Origin: Sphingomonas sp.
GTDB lineage: Bacteria > Pseudomonadota > Alphaproteobacteria > Sphingomonadales > Sphingomonadaceae
DNA: 64,000 nucleotides
NCBI GenBank assembly: GCA_039926845.1
Contig: JBDSWC010000038.1
Span: 10,964-74,963, forward strand
Direction: 5' to 3'
The first letter of the stretch is position 1. Each line of letters starts with the position of its first letter. A program made the translations under genes and the position numbers. Positions 49,675 through 57,821 of the stretch are shown in pieces. The notes beneath the pieces were generated by a model that was not told the DNA's origin, did not search any database, and saw nothing but the letters and a program-made list of their open reading frames with translations.

Positions 49675-50994
49675 TCACTCCTTCGCGGTGGATAGGTCGA
49701 GCCGATCCTTGTCGGCGAAACCGGTATAGGGGCTGGTGATGACGCGTTCGCCGGGGTCGAGCCCGTCGAGCACTTCGACATAATCGGGGTTGCGGCGGCC
49801 GAGCCGGACTTGGCGCTTGACCGCGCTGCCGCCGCCGGGGGCGACGACGAAGATCCAGTTGCCGCCGGTATCGTTGTAGAACGCGCCCGCCGGGATCAGC
49901 TTGGCCGGGGCGGGGTCGCCGAGCGACAGCCGCGCCTGGAGCGTCTGGCCGCGTTGCAACCCTTGCGGCTCATCGCCATTGAATTGCAGGTCCACCTGGA
50001 ACTGGTTGTTTTGGACTTGCGGATAGATTTTGGTGATGCGCGCGCGATAGGTCTTGCCGTTCCAGTCGACCGTTGCGGTCTGGTTGACCTGGACGCGGCC
50101 GAGATAGAATTCGTCGACCCCGGCCTGGAGCTTGTTCTTGCCCGGGCTGTCGATCTGACCGATCCGCTCGCCGCGCTGGAGCGACTGGCCGATCTGGATC
50201 GAAAAGCCCGACAATTTGCCTGCGACCGGCGCCCGCAAATTGAGCGCGTCGAGATTGCCGCGCGCGATGCCGAGCCCCGCGGTCATGGACTGCATCGATA
50301 CGCGCTGCTGGTTGAGCTGCCCCGATTGTAGCCGTTCGTCGCTCGCCTGGCTGCGCTTGAGCGTGGCGAGGCGGCGCTGCTGATACAGGTAGTTGTCGCG
50401 CGTATCGTTATACTGCTTGCCCGACACATACCCCTTGGCGGCGAGCGGCGTTTCGCGCTCGTACTGGCGGCGCGCGGTCGTTAGCGCGAGGTCGGCATCG
50501 AGGATCGCGCGCTCGTTGGCGAGCCGGGTCTGCGACAGCGCAAGCTCCTGGCTGCGCATGTTGTTGATCTGCTGCTCGACCTCGGTCTGGCGCGCGAGCG
50601 TCGAGAGCTGGAGGTCGGCGTTGGACAGCATCGCGAGCGGCTGGCCGGCGGCGACGTCGGCGCCGTCTTCGACCAGCACCTTGTCGACGCGCCCGCCCTC
50701 GATCGAATCGATGAAGACGGTCAGCAGCGGCGTGACGCGCGCGCGCAACGGGATGAAGTCCTCGAACGTGCCGGTCTTCACATCGGAGATGCTCAGCCGG
50801 TCCATCGCCACCGTCTGCGACCCGGCGCGCGGCGCGAACCACCAGAACAACAGGGCGGCGAGCAGCACCACGCCGCCACCGATTGCGATCTTGACGTTGA
50901 GCGGTAACCCGCGGCGCTCGACCACGCGGTCCATCCCGCTGCCGCTGACGGCGCCTTCCCCGGATAGTGATCGTTTCAAGGGTAGGATGCTCAT
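49675..50994 (-). CDS. Efflux periplasmic adaptor subunit (MacA/HlyD-like)
   Basis: N-terminal TM, EGGRV..V.VEDG lipoyl half, coiled coil, LRAPVAG, VEVLDGL.PGERV. Confidence 0.93.
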   Translation of the reverse strand: MSILPLKRSLSGEGAVSGSGMDRVVERRGLPLNVKIAIGGGVVLLAALLFWWFAPRAGSQTVAMDRLSISDVKTGTFEDFIPLRARVTPLLTVFIDSIEGGRVDKVLVEDGADVAAGQPLAMLSNADLQLSTLARQTEVEQQINNMRSQELALSQTRLANERAILDADLALTTARRQYERETPLAAKGYVSGKQYNDTRDNYLYQQRRLATLKRSQASDERLQSGQLNQQRVSMQSMTAGLGIARGNLDALNLRAPVAGKLSGFSIQIGQSLQRGERIGQIDSPGKNKLQAGVDEFYLGRVQVNQTATVDWNGKTYRARITKIYPQVQNNQFQVDLQFNGDEPQGLQRGQTLQARLSLGDPAPAKLIPAGAFYNDTGGNWIFVVAPGGGSAVKRQVRLGRRNPDYVEVLDGLDPGERVITSPYTGFADKDRLDLSTAKE

Positions 50995-51206
50995 GATGTC
51001 GTGCCGTCCGATTCAAAAGAGTGTCCGTTTCCGGACACGAATGTCCGGAAACGGACAGTATCGCTCTGGAACGAGAACGCGATCCTGACCGAGGAAATCT
51101 GGATCGCGGCGCTCCAGCGCGACGCCGGTTGGACGGCCCACAGCCCACTCGCGCCGAGAATCGCGAGCACCCAGAGCAATCTGCGCTTGGGCTGGCAGTC
51201 GTCCAT
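50991..51206 (-). CDS. Putative 71-aa leader protein with one hydrophobic segment
   Basis: GGAGG SD downstream of the sigma54 promoter; TGA overlaps the adaptor ATG. Confidence 0.45.
   Translation of the reverse strand: MDDCQPKRRLLWVLAILGASGLWAVQPASRWSAAIQISSVRIAFSFQSDTVRFRTFVSGNGHSFESDGTTS
51022..51057. promoter_or_regulatory. Tandem palindromic enhancer-like sites TGTCCG-N4-CGGACA
   Basis: TGTCCGTTTCCGGACA-CGAA-TGTCCGGAAACGGACA, a perfect 16-bp inverted repeat built from two palindromic sites. Confidence 0.7.
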
Positions 51207-51245
51207 CGGTTTGCATCCTCCCATTTGCCTTGCCCGAACACTTCA

Positions 51246-51260
51246 GCACGATGCGTGCCA
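51246..51260 (-). promoter_or_regulatory. Sigma54 -24/-12 promoter for the exporter operon
   Basis: TGGCACGCATCGTGC with correct GG-N10-GC spacing. Confidence 0.75.
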
Positions 51261-51299
51261 ATTGCGCTGGCGAAGGCGCGACAAGGGGCGGGCGGGCAC

Positions 51300-51352
51300 T
51301 GGCACGGAATTTGATTGTCCGTTTTCGCACAGGGACTGTACGAAAGCGGGCA
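51300..51352 (+). promoter_or_regulatory. Degenerate sigma54 promoter plus second pair of enhancer-like sites
   Basis: TGGCACGGAATTTGA (51300-51314); TGTCCG-TTTT-CGCACA (51316) and TGTACG-AAAG-CGGGCA (51337). Confidence 0.6.
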
Positions 51353-52711
51353 ATGGCGGAGTTCGATAGCTGCATCATCGTCGATGACGACGAGGACATT
51401 CTGGTCGCCGCGCGGCTGGCGTTGCGCGGGCTGTTCCGCGAAATCGTCACCGTGTCTTCGCCCGAGAAAGCGCTGACGGCGGCGGCGGGTCGATCCCCCG
51501 ACGTGATCCTGCTCGACGCCAATTTCGCACGCGGCGCGACCGACGCGCAGGAAGGGCTGGCGCTGCTCGACCAGCTACTCGCTGCCGATCCGGAGGCGAT
51601 CATCGTCATGATCACCGCGCATGCCGGGGTGAACGTCGCGGTCGAAGCGATGAAGCACGGTGCGACCGATTTCGTGTCGAAGCCGTGGGAGAACGAGCGC
51701 TTGGTCCAGACCGTGCGCACCGCGGCCGCATTGCGTCGATCGCGCCGCGCCGCACCGGCCGGCGTCGCGCCGTCTTCGAACGGCGCGCCATTGATCGGAT
51801 CGGCGCCATCGATGGCGCGAGTCCATTCGCTGATCGCGCGCGCTGCGCCGACCGATGCCAACGTGCTGGTGTTGGGCGAGAACGGCACGGGCAAGGAACT
51901 CGTCGCGCGCGCGTTGCACGACCAGTCGCTGCGCGCGGCCAAGCCGATGGTGACGGTCGATCTCGGCGCGATCGCGACCGAGCTGATCGACTCCGAGCTG
52001 TTTGGGCACGTGAAGGGGGCGTTCACCGACGCGCGGGCCGACCGTATCGGGCGAATTCAGGCGGCCGATGGTGGAACACTTTTCCTTGATGAAATCGGCA
52101 ATTTGCCGCTCCACCTCCAGCCCAAATTGCTCACCGTGCTCGAACAGCGCCAGGTTACCCCGGTCGGTTCGAACAAGGCGGTTCCGGTCGACATCCGCGT
52201 GATCGCCGCGACCAACATGACCCCGACGATGTTGCGCGATCCGCGCAGCTTCCGGCAGGATTTGCTGTTCCGGCTCAACACGGTGGAAATCGACTTGCCG
52301 CCGCTGCGCGACCGGCGCGAGGACATCCCCGCGCTGATCGACCATTATCTCGCGCATTATGCCGCGCGCTACGGTCGGCCGCTGGCGGCTTTGTCGCTCG
52401 AAGCACAAGCGGCGCTGGTCGCCCATGATTGGCCGGGCAATGTTCGCGCATTGCGCCACGCGGTCGAGCGTGCCGTGATACTGGCGGGCGACGCGCCGCT
52501 CGCCGCCGAGCATTTTGCGTTGATCCCGAGTGAACCCGGCATCCGGATGAGTCCGGCATCGACGGCGCCCGACCTCAACCTCGACCGCGTCGAACGGCGG
52601 CTGGTCGAGGAAGCGTTGAAGAAGCACGGCTACAACATCTCCGCCGCGGCGCAGGAACTGGGCCTGTCGCGCGCCGCGCTGTATCGTCGGATGGAGAAGC
52701 ATGGGCTTTGA
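51353..52711 (+). CDS. Sigma54-dependent response regulator (NtrC family)
   Basis: Receiver (VDDD, LLD, KPW), GENGTGKE, ELFGHVKGAFTDA, WPGNVR, Fis HTH. Confidence 0.95.
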   Translation: MAEFDSCIIVDDDEDILVAARLALRGLFREIVTVSSPEKALTAAAGRSPDVILLDANFARGATDAQEGLALLDQLLAADPEAIIVMITAHAGVNVAVEAMKHGATDFVSKPWENERLVQTVRTAAALRRSRRAAPAGVAPSSNGAPLIGSAPSMARVHSLIARAAPTDANVLVLGENGTGKELVARALHDQSLRAAKPMVTVDLGAIATELIDSELFGHVKGAFTDARADRIGRIQAADGGTLFLDEIGNLPLHLQPKLLTVLEQRQVTPVGSNKAVPVDIRVIAATNMTPTMLRDPRSFRQDLLFRLNTVEIDLPPLRDRREDIPALIDHYLAHYAARYGRPLAALSLEAQAALVAHDWPGNVRALRHAVERAVILAGDAPLAAEHFALIPSEPGIRMSPASTAPDLNLDRVERRLVEEALKKHGYNISAAAQELGLSRAALYRRMEKHGL

Positions 52712-54020
52712 CCGGCGCTTCACGCTAGTCCTGATCGGCTGGATCGCGCTGCTGTTGATCACGCTAATTGTACTCGCGGTCGCGATCGCGATGCCCGATC
52801 TGGCGGCGGCGCGGATCGTCGCCGCGGCGATGGTGATAGGCGCCGGTTATGGGGTCGCGCGGCATGTCGATCGCACCAACCGGACGGTCGGGCGGTTCAT
52901 CGAGGCGCTGCATTTCGGCGATTTCGCAACGCGCTTCGACCGCAGCGGTGGCGTCGGGTTCGCCGCGCTCGGCAAGTCGCTCGACGAGGCAATGCGCCGG
53001 CTCCAGGCGCAGCGTGATCGAACCGCCGACGAACAACGCTTCCTCGAAACCCTAGTCGACGACATGCCGGTCGCATTGCTGACGATCGACCATCTGGGCG
53101 GCGTGCGGCTCGCCAACAAGGCGGCGCGGCGGTTGTTCGCGGGACACACCAGCACCCGGGCGGCCGATTTCGCGGCCTATGGCGAGACCTTCGCCGCGCG
53201 GCTGGCCGAGGGCGGCGAGCGAGTCGCCGAATTGCTGCTGTTGCGGTCGGCGGCGGGGCCGCAGCGGGCGATCGTCCGCGTCGCGAGCCTCGAGCGGCTC
53301 GGGCTGACCAGCCGTGCAGTTACCGTCGAACCGGTCCAGGGTACGCTCGATGCGATCGAAATGGCCGCGCAGACCGATCTGGTCCGCGTATTGACCCACG
53401 AGATCCTCAATTCGCTGACCCCGGTCACCTCGCTCGCGTCGTCCGCCGCGGCGGTGCTCGACGATGACCCGCCCGACCTCGACCTTGCGCGAACCGCCAC
53501 CGGCACGCTCGCACGCCGCGCCGAGGGGTTGGAGAAGTTCATCCGATCCTATCGCACGATCGCCAACGTGCCGGAGGTGCGGCGGCAGGAATTTCCCGCC
53601 GAGCCGTTTGTGCGCGATCTCCATAGGTTGTTCGCCGCCGACTGGCCCGACCTCCGGCTCGACATATCGACCGCGCCCGACCTGATGATCGAGGCCGATC
53701 CCGACCTGCTCGCGCAAGCCGTCATCAACCTGCTACGCAACGCCGCGCAAGCGACCCGCGAGGCCGGACGCGGCCAGTCGGTCTCGCTGACGGTCACCGG
53801 CGACAACGGTGTCGCCAAGCGGCTGACCGTCGCCGATTCAGGGCGCGGGATCCCGGAGGCGCAACGCCGCGACATCTTCCTGCCGTTCTACACCACCCGC
53901 GCGCAGGGCACGGGCGTGGGCCTCAACCTGGTCCGCCAGATCGTCATCGCGCACGGCTGGACGATCGACGTCGCTGAAGCGCCAGGCGGCGGCGCGGAAT
54001 TCCGGCTCTATCTGGGCTGA
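52701..54020 (+). CDS. Sensor histidine kinase (two TM, PAS-like, NtrY-like)
   Basis: LTHEILNSL H box, NLLRNA, DSGRG, FLPFYTT, GTGVGL. Confidence 0.93.
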   Translation: MGFDRRFTLVLIGWIALLLITLIVLAVAIAMPDLAAARIVAAAMVIGAGYGVARHVDRTNRTVGRFIEALHFGDFATRFDRSGGVGFAALGKSLDEAMRRLQAQRDRTADEQRFLETLVDDMPVALLTIDHLGGVRLANKAARRLFAGHTSTRAADFAAYGETFAARLAEGGERVAELLLLRSAAGPQRAIVRVASLERLGLTSRAVTVEPVQGTLDAIEMAAQTDLVRVLTHEILNSLTPVTSLASSAAAVLDDDPPDLDLARTATGTLARRAEGLEKFIRSYRTIANVPEVRRQEFPAEPFVRDLHRLFAADWPDLRLDISTAPDLMIEADPDLLAQAVINLLRNAAQATREAGRGQSVSLTVTGDNGVAKRLTVADSGRGIPEAQRRDIFLPFYTTRAQGTGVGLNLVRQIVIAHGWTIDVAEAPGGGAEFRLYLG

Positions 54021-54062
54021 CGCAAACTTTTTCGGGCGCGCTCAAAAAAATTTGCATGATCA

Positions 54063-54089
54063 TGTCGATTCCCGCCAACCTCGTTCGTC
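54063..54089 (+). promoter_or_regulatory. ECF42-type promoter
   Basis: TGTCGA-N17-CGTC directly upstream of a DGPF gene in an operon ending with an ECF42-type sigma. Confidence 0.75.
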
Positions 54090-54138
54090 GTCCCGATGAG
54101 ATGCCGATGAAGGCCGGCTCGACACAAGGAGACAGACG

Positions 54139-54567
54139 ATGCGTGTGATGGTGTTCGCGATAATGCCTGAGGGCAGCAATGACGTCCTGGAGCCCACGTG
54201 CGAGATGATCGAGGCGTTCGCGGCGATGGACCGCTTCACCGAGGATCTGGTCGAGGCCGGCGTGTTCATTGCCGGCGCGGGCCTCAAGCCCATGACCGAG
54301 TCCAAGCGCATCGTGACCGAGGGCAGCCGCCACACCGTTATCGACGGGCCGTTCGCCGAGGCGCGCGAGATGGTTGCCGGCTTCTCGATCTGGGAAGTGA
54401 AGGACATGGACGAGGCCATCGCCTGGGCGAAGCGCAGCCCGATGATGCCGGGCACGATGGAAATCCGGCCGTTCTACGAAGCGGCGGACCTCGCCGATTT
54501 CGTGACGCCCGAAGAGCTCGAGATGGGTCGCCGCGACGGGGATCGCGGCAAGCTCGGGGTCGCCTGA
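54139..54567 (+). CDS. YciI/DGPF family protein
   Basis: LVEAGV..GAGLKP, VIDGPFAEARE.VAGF..WEV..MDEAIAWAKR. Confidence 0.92.
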   Translation: MRVMVFAIMPEGSNDVLEPTCEMIEAFAAMDRFTEDLVEAGVFIAGAGLKPMTESKRIVTEGSRHTVIDGPFAEAREMVAGFSIWEVKDMDEAIAWAKRSPMMPGTMEIRPFYEAADLADFVTPEELEMGRRDGDRGKLGVA

Positions 54568-54587
54568 CCGGCAAAGGGATTTGCACT

Positions 54588-54716
54588 ATGATGGGCCTGA
54601 TGATTTTCGCGGTGGCGCTTGCCGTCGCGACAGGGAGCGGCGTGTATTTAGCCGAACGGGTCGATCGTCCGCGCCGCCGTGCGATGCACGCGGCGCGGCT
54701 GTTGCCCGCCGAATAA
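54588..54716 (+). CDS. 42-aa single-TM small protein
   Basis: AAAGGGA SD; hydrophobic N-half, basic tail; fills the operon gap. Confidence 0.5.
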   Translation: MMGLMIFAVALAVATGSGVYLAERVDRPRRRAMHAARLLPAE

Positions 54717-54732
54717 AGAGGAGTTTGTCGGC

Positions 54733-55380
54733 ATGACCATTACCATCACCGCGTTCGAGCGGTCACCCGACGGCGGCAAGGGGCTGGCGCGCGACACGCG
54801 CGTTCGCTGGGCACTCGAGGAAGTCGGCCGGCCCTACGCTGTTCGACTCGTTTCGTTCGACGCGATGAAGCAACCCGCGCATCTCGCGATCCATCCTTTC
54901 GGCCAGATTCCTACTTATGAGGAGGACGATCTCGCGGTGTTCGAAACCGGCGCGATCGTGTTCCACATCGCGCAAAAGTATCCCGGGCTGTTGCCCGAAG
55001 ACCAAGACGCCCAAGCGCGTGCGATCACGTGGATGTTCGCCGCGCTGAGCACGGTCGAGCCGCCTATCCTCGAACTGCAGACGGCAAAGATCTTCGAGGG
55101 CGACAAGCCTTGGGCAGCGGAGCGCCTGCCGCCGGTCATGGACCGAATCCGCGTCCGGCTGGATCAGCTCTCTGTGCGGCTGGGCGATGCCGACTGGCTC
55201 GACGGCGCGTTTAGCGCGGGCGATTTGATGATGGTGGAGGTGCTGAAGCGGCTGAAAATGTCGGGTGTTCTGGACGAATATCCCAGCCTCGCCGCGTACG
55301 TCGCGCGCGGCGAAGCGCGACCCGCCTATCGGCGGGCGTTCGCGGCGCAATTAGCGATCAATGCACCGGCAGCCGGCTAA
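54733..55380 (+). CDS. Glutathione S-transferase family protein
   Basis: RDTRVRWALEE, HPFGQIP, FETGAI; GAGGAG SD. Confidence 0.93.
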   Translation: MTITITAFERSPDGGKGLARDTRVRWALEEVGRPYAVRLVSFDAMKQPAHLAIHPFGQIPTYEEDDLAVFETGAIVFHIAQKYPGLLPEDQDAQARAITWMFAALSTVEPPILELQTAKIFEGDKPWAAERLPPVMDRIRVRLDQLSVRLGDADWLDGAFSAGDLMMVEVLKRLKMSGVLDEYPSLAAYVARGEARPAYRRAFAAQLAINAPAAG

Positions 55381-55802
55381 TGACGGTGCAGGACGAGATC
55401 GAAGGCTATATCGCCGGCCAGCCCGAGCCCAAGCGCGGCGACATGCGGGTGCTTCACGGCATCATACAGCAAGCGATGCCGGACTGCCGTTTATGGTTCC
55501 TGGACGGCCGGAACGACGACGGCAAAACCGTTTCCAACCCCAACATCGGATATGGATTTCAAGTCATCGACTATGCCGATGGCAAGACCCGGGAATTCTA
55601 TCAGATCGGCCTCAGCGCGAACACGGCCGGGATCTCGGTCTATATCCTCGGGATCGACGACAAGGCGTATCTGGTCCGGGCCTATGGCGACAAGATCGGC
55701 AAGGCGATCGTCACCGGGTATTGCATCAAGTTCAAGGCGCTGACGGACATCGATACGGACGTGCTTGTAGCCGCGATACGCTACGGGATCGAGCAAACGT
55801 GA
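55380..55802 (+). CDS. DUF1801 (YdhG-like) domain protein
   Basis: NPNIGYG..YADG..REF..IGLS, IGKA..TGYCIKFK. Confidence 0.85.
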   Translation: MTVQDEIEGYIAGQPEPKRGDMRVLHGIIQQAMPDCRLWFLDGRNDDGKTVSNPNIGYGFQVIDYADGKTREFYQIGLSANTAGISVYILGIDDKAYLVRAYGDKIGKAIVTGYCIKFKALTDIDTDVLVAAIRYGIEQT

Positions 55803-55850
55803 CGCTCTAGCGCCGCTTGCTTCGCCGCCGCCGCTCGCTGAAAAGACGGT

Positions 55851-57110
55851 GTGACCGCGGGCGAAACACATCAGGTGATCGAGGCGACCTTTCGCATCGA
55901 ACGGGCCAGGCTGATCGGCGGCCTGGCCCGGCTGGTGCGCGACATCGACCGCGGCGAAGAACTGGCGCAGGACGCGCTGCTCGCGGCGCTCTCCGAATGG
56001 CCGAAGACCGGCATTCCGGCCAATCCTGGCGCGTGGCTGATGGCCGTGGCCAAGCGGCGCGCGCTCGACATCCTCCGCCGCGACAAGATTCTGCTTCGCA
56101 AGCACGAAGAGATCGCGCAGACGACGGACGAGACGTTCGACGCCGAGGACGAAGTCATCGCCGCGCTGGATGACGATTTGGGTGACGAGTTGCTCGGCCT
56201 GATCTTCGCCGCATGCCACCCGATGCTGTCGCCCGATGTCCGCGCGGCGCTGACGTTGCGGGTGGTCGGCGGGCTGACGACCGACGAGATCGCCCGCGCG
56301 TTTCTGTCGAGCGAACCGACCATCGCGCAGCGCATCGTCCGCGCGAAAAAGGCGATCGCGCAGGCCGGCCTGACCTTCGCAGTGCCGCGCGGCGCAGAGC
56401 GGACGGCGCGGCTGCCGTCGGTGCTCGAAGTCGTCTACCTCATCTTCAACGAAGGCTATGCGGCGACAGCCGGCGACGACCTCGTCCGGCCGGGCCTGTG
56501 CCTTGAGGCGCAGCGGCTGGGCCGCATCCTCGCCGGATTGATGCGCGACAACGCCGAGGTGTTCGGCCTGCTGGCGCTGATGGAAATCCAGGCATCGCGA
56601 CTCGGCGCCCGCGCCGGCCCGGACGGAGCATTCATCACGCTCGCCGAGCAGAACCGCGCGCGTTGGGATCAACTCCTGATCCGCCGCGGTCTCGACGCGC
56701 TGGCCCGCGCCGAAACGCTCGACGGTGGGGATGGTCCCTATGCGCTGCAAGCCGCACTCGCCGCTTGCCACGCACGGGCGCACACCGCGAACGACACCGA
56801 CTGGCGGCGTATCGCCGCGCTTTACGACCGGTTGCGGACGGTGATGCCATCGCCGGTGGTCGATCTCAATCGCGCCATCGCCCATTCCATGGCGTTCGGG
56901 CCTGACGCCGGCCTCCAACTGATCGACGAGATCGCCGGCGCTGCCGCGCTCAGCAACTACGCGCCTCTACCGGCGGCAAGGGGCGATTTCCTGTTTCGGG
57001 CCGGGCGCCTCGCCGAGGCACGCGTTGAGTTCGAAGCCGCGGCCAAGCTCACGCGCAACGCGCGGGAAGCGGCGTTCCTGGTCGCTCGCGCTGGCGCGTG
57101 CGATCGATAG
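55851..57110 (+). CDS. ECF42-type RNA polymerase sigma factor with C-terminal TPR extension
   Basis: PANPGAWL, LIFAACHP.L, QRIVRAK, YLIFNEGY, QNRARWD, GPYALQAA, TDW.RI. Confidence 0.93.
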   Translation: MTAGETHQVIEATFRIERARLIGGLARLVRDIDRGEELAQDALLAALSEWPKTGIPANPGAWLMAVAKRRALDILRRDKILLRKHEEIAQTTDETFDAEDEVIAALDDDLGDELLGLIFAACHPMLSPDVRAALTLRVVGGLTTDEIARAFLSSEPTIAQRIVRAKKAIAQAGLTFAVPRGAERTARLPSVLEVVYLIFNEGYAATAGDDLVRPGLCLEAQRLGRILAGLMRDNAEVFGLLALMEIQASRLGARAGPDGAFITLAEQNRARWDQLLIRRGLDALARAETLDGGDGPYALQAALAACHARAHTANDTDWRRIAALYDRLRTVMPSPVVDLNRAIAHSMAFGPDAGLQLIDEIAGAAALSNYAPLPAARGDFLFRAGRLAEARVEFEAAAKLTRNAREAAFLVARAGACDR

Positions 57111-57154
57111 CGGCCAGGGTTGTCCCGACGTCACTTTGCTCTCACGGAGAGGCG

Positions 57155-57814
57155 ATGAAGTTCGCCGGGATCATCGCATGCGCGCTGGCGCTGTTCACCT
57201 CGGTGGCGGCGTTTGCGCAGTCGTCGTTCGTCGGCGATTATCGCCTGGCTGACGGCCCGGACGTCGTCGGCGAATTGATCCTCGAAGCCGATGGCCGCTT
57301 CCAATACGCACTCGGCGCGGGCGCACTCGACGAGCAGGCCGAGGGGCGCTGGGTAGAGGCCGACGGGCAAGTGCGTCTCTATACCGAACCCAAGCCTAAG
57401 CCCGCGGTCTTTGCCGCCGGGCCACAGGCAGCGACGAAGGATGGTCCGCTCAAATTGCTGGTCACCTGGCCCAATGGCAGAGGCATTGCCGGGGTCGATT
57501 TCACGATCGGCTTCGATTCAGGCGAGGCGGTGACCGATTACACGCAGGATTACGGTTGGACGATGTCGCGCGATGAACGCCGCATCCCACGCTGGTTGGA
57601 ACTGCGCGAGCCGATTCATGGCGTCGCGTCGCCGCGTTTCGCAATCGATGTGGGCAAGGGCAATGCACTGACCTTCGTCCTGACGCCGAACGATCTGGGT
57701 GTCGTCGATTTCGACGGGACGGTGCTGGAACGCGTTGGCGATCGCGTGGTCATGCATCAACGGCTCGGCGACTTGACCTTCGTGCGATCGCGGGCCGCCA
57801 AAGACCGCGACTAG
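57155..57814 (+). CDS. Secreted hypothetical protein
   Basis: GGAGAGG SD; signal peptide ending AFA; beta-rich sequence. Confidence 0.75.
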   Translation: MKFAGIIACALALFTSVAAFAQSSFVGDYRLADGPDVVGELILEADGRFQYALGAGALDEQAEGRWVEADGQVRLYTEPKPKPAVFAAGPQAATKDGPLKLLVTWPNGRGIAGVDFTIGFDSGEAVTDYTQDYGWTMSRDERRIPRWLELREPIHGVASPRFAIDVGKGNALTFVLTPNDLGVVDFDGTVLERVGDRVVMHQRLGDLTFVRSRAAKDRD

Positions 57815-57821
57815 CAAGCAG

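Noticed and set aside
51022-51057. CRISPR repeat or IS terminal repeat
   Set aside because: Only two units with a 4-nt spacer, no cas or transposase; better explained as activator binding sites
52010-52035. GAFTDA instead of GAFTGA implying a sigma54-independent regulator
   Set aside because: The key F and T residues are kept, and a correctly spaced -24/-12 promoter lies in the adjacent control region
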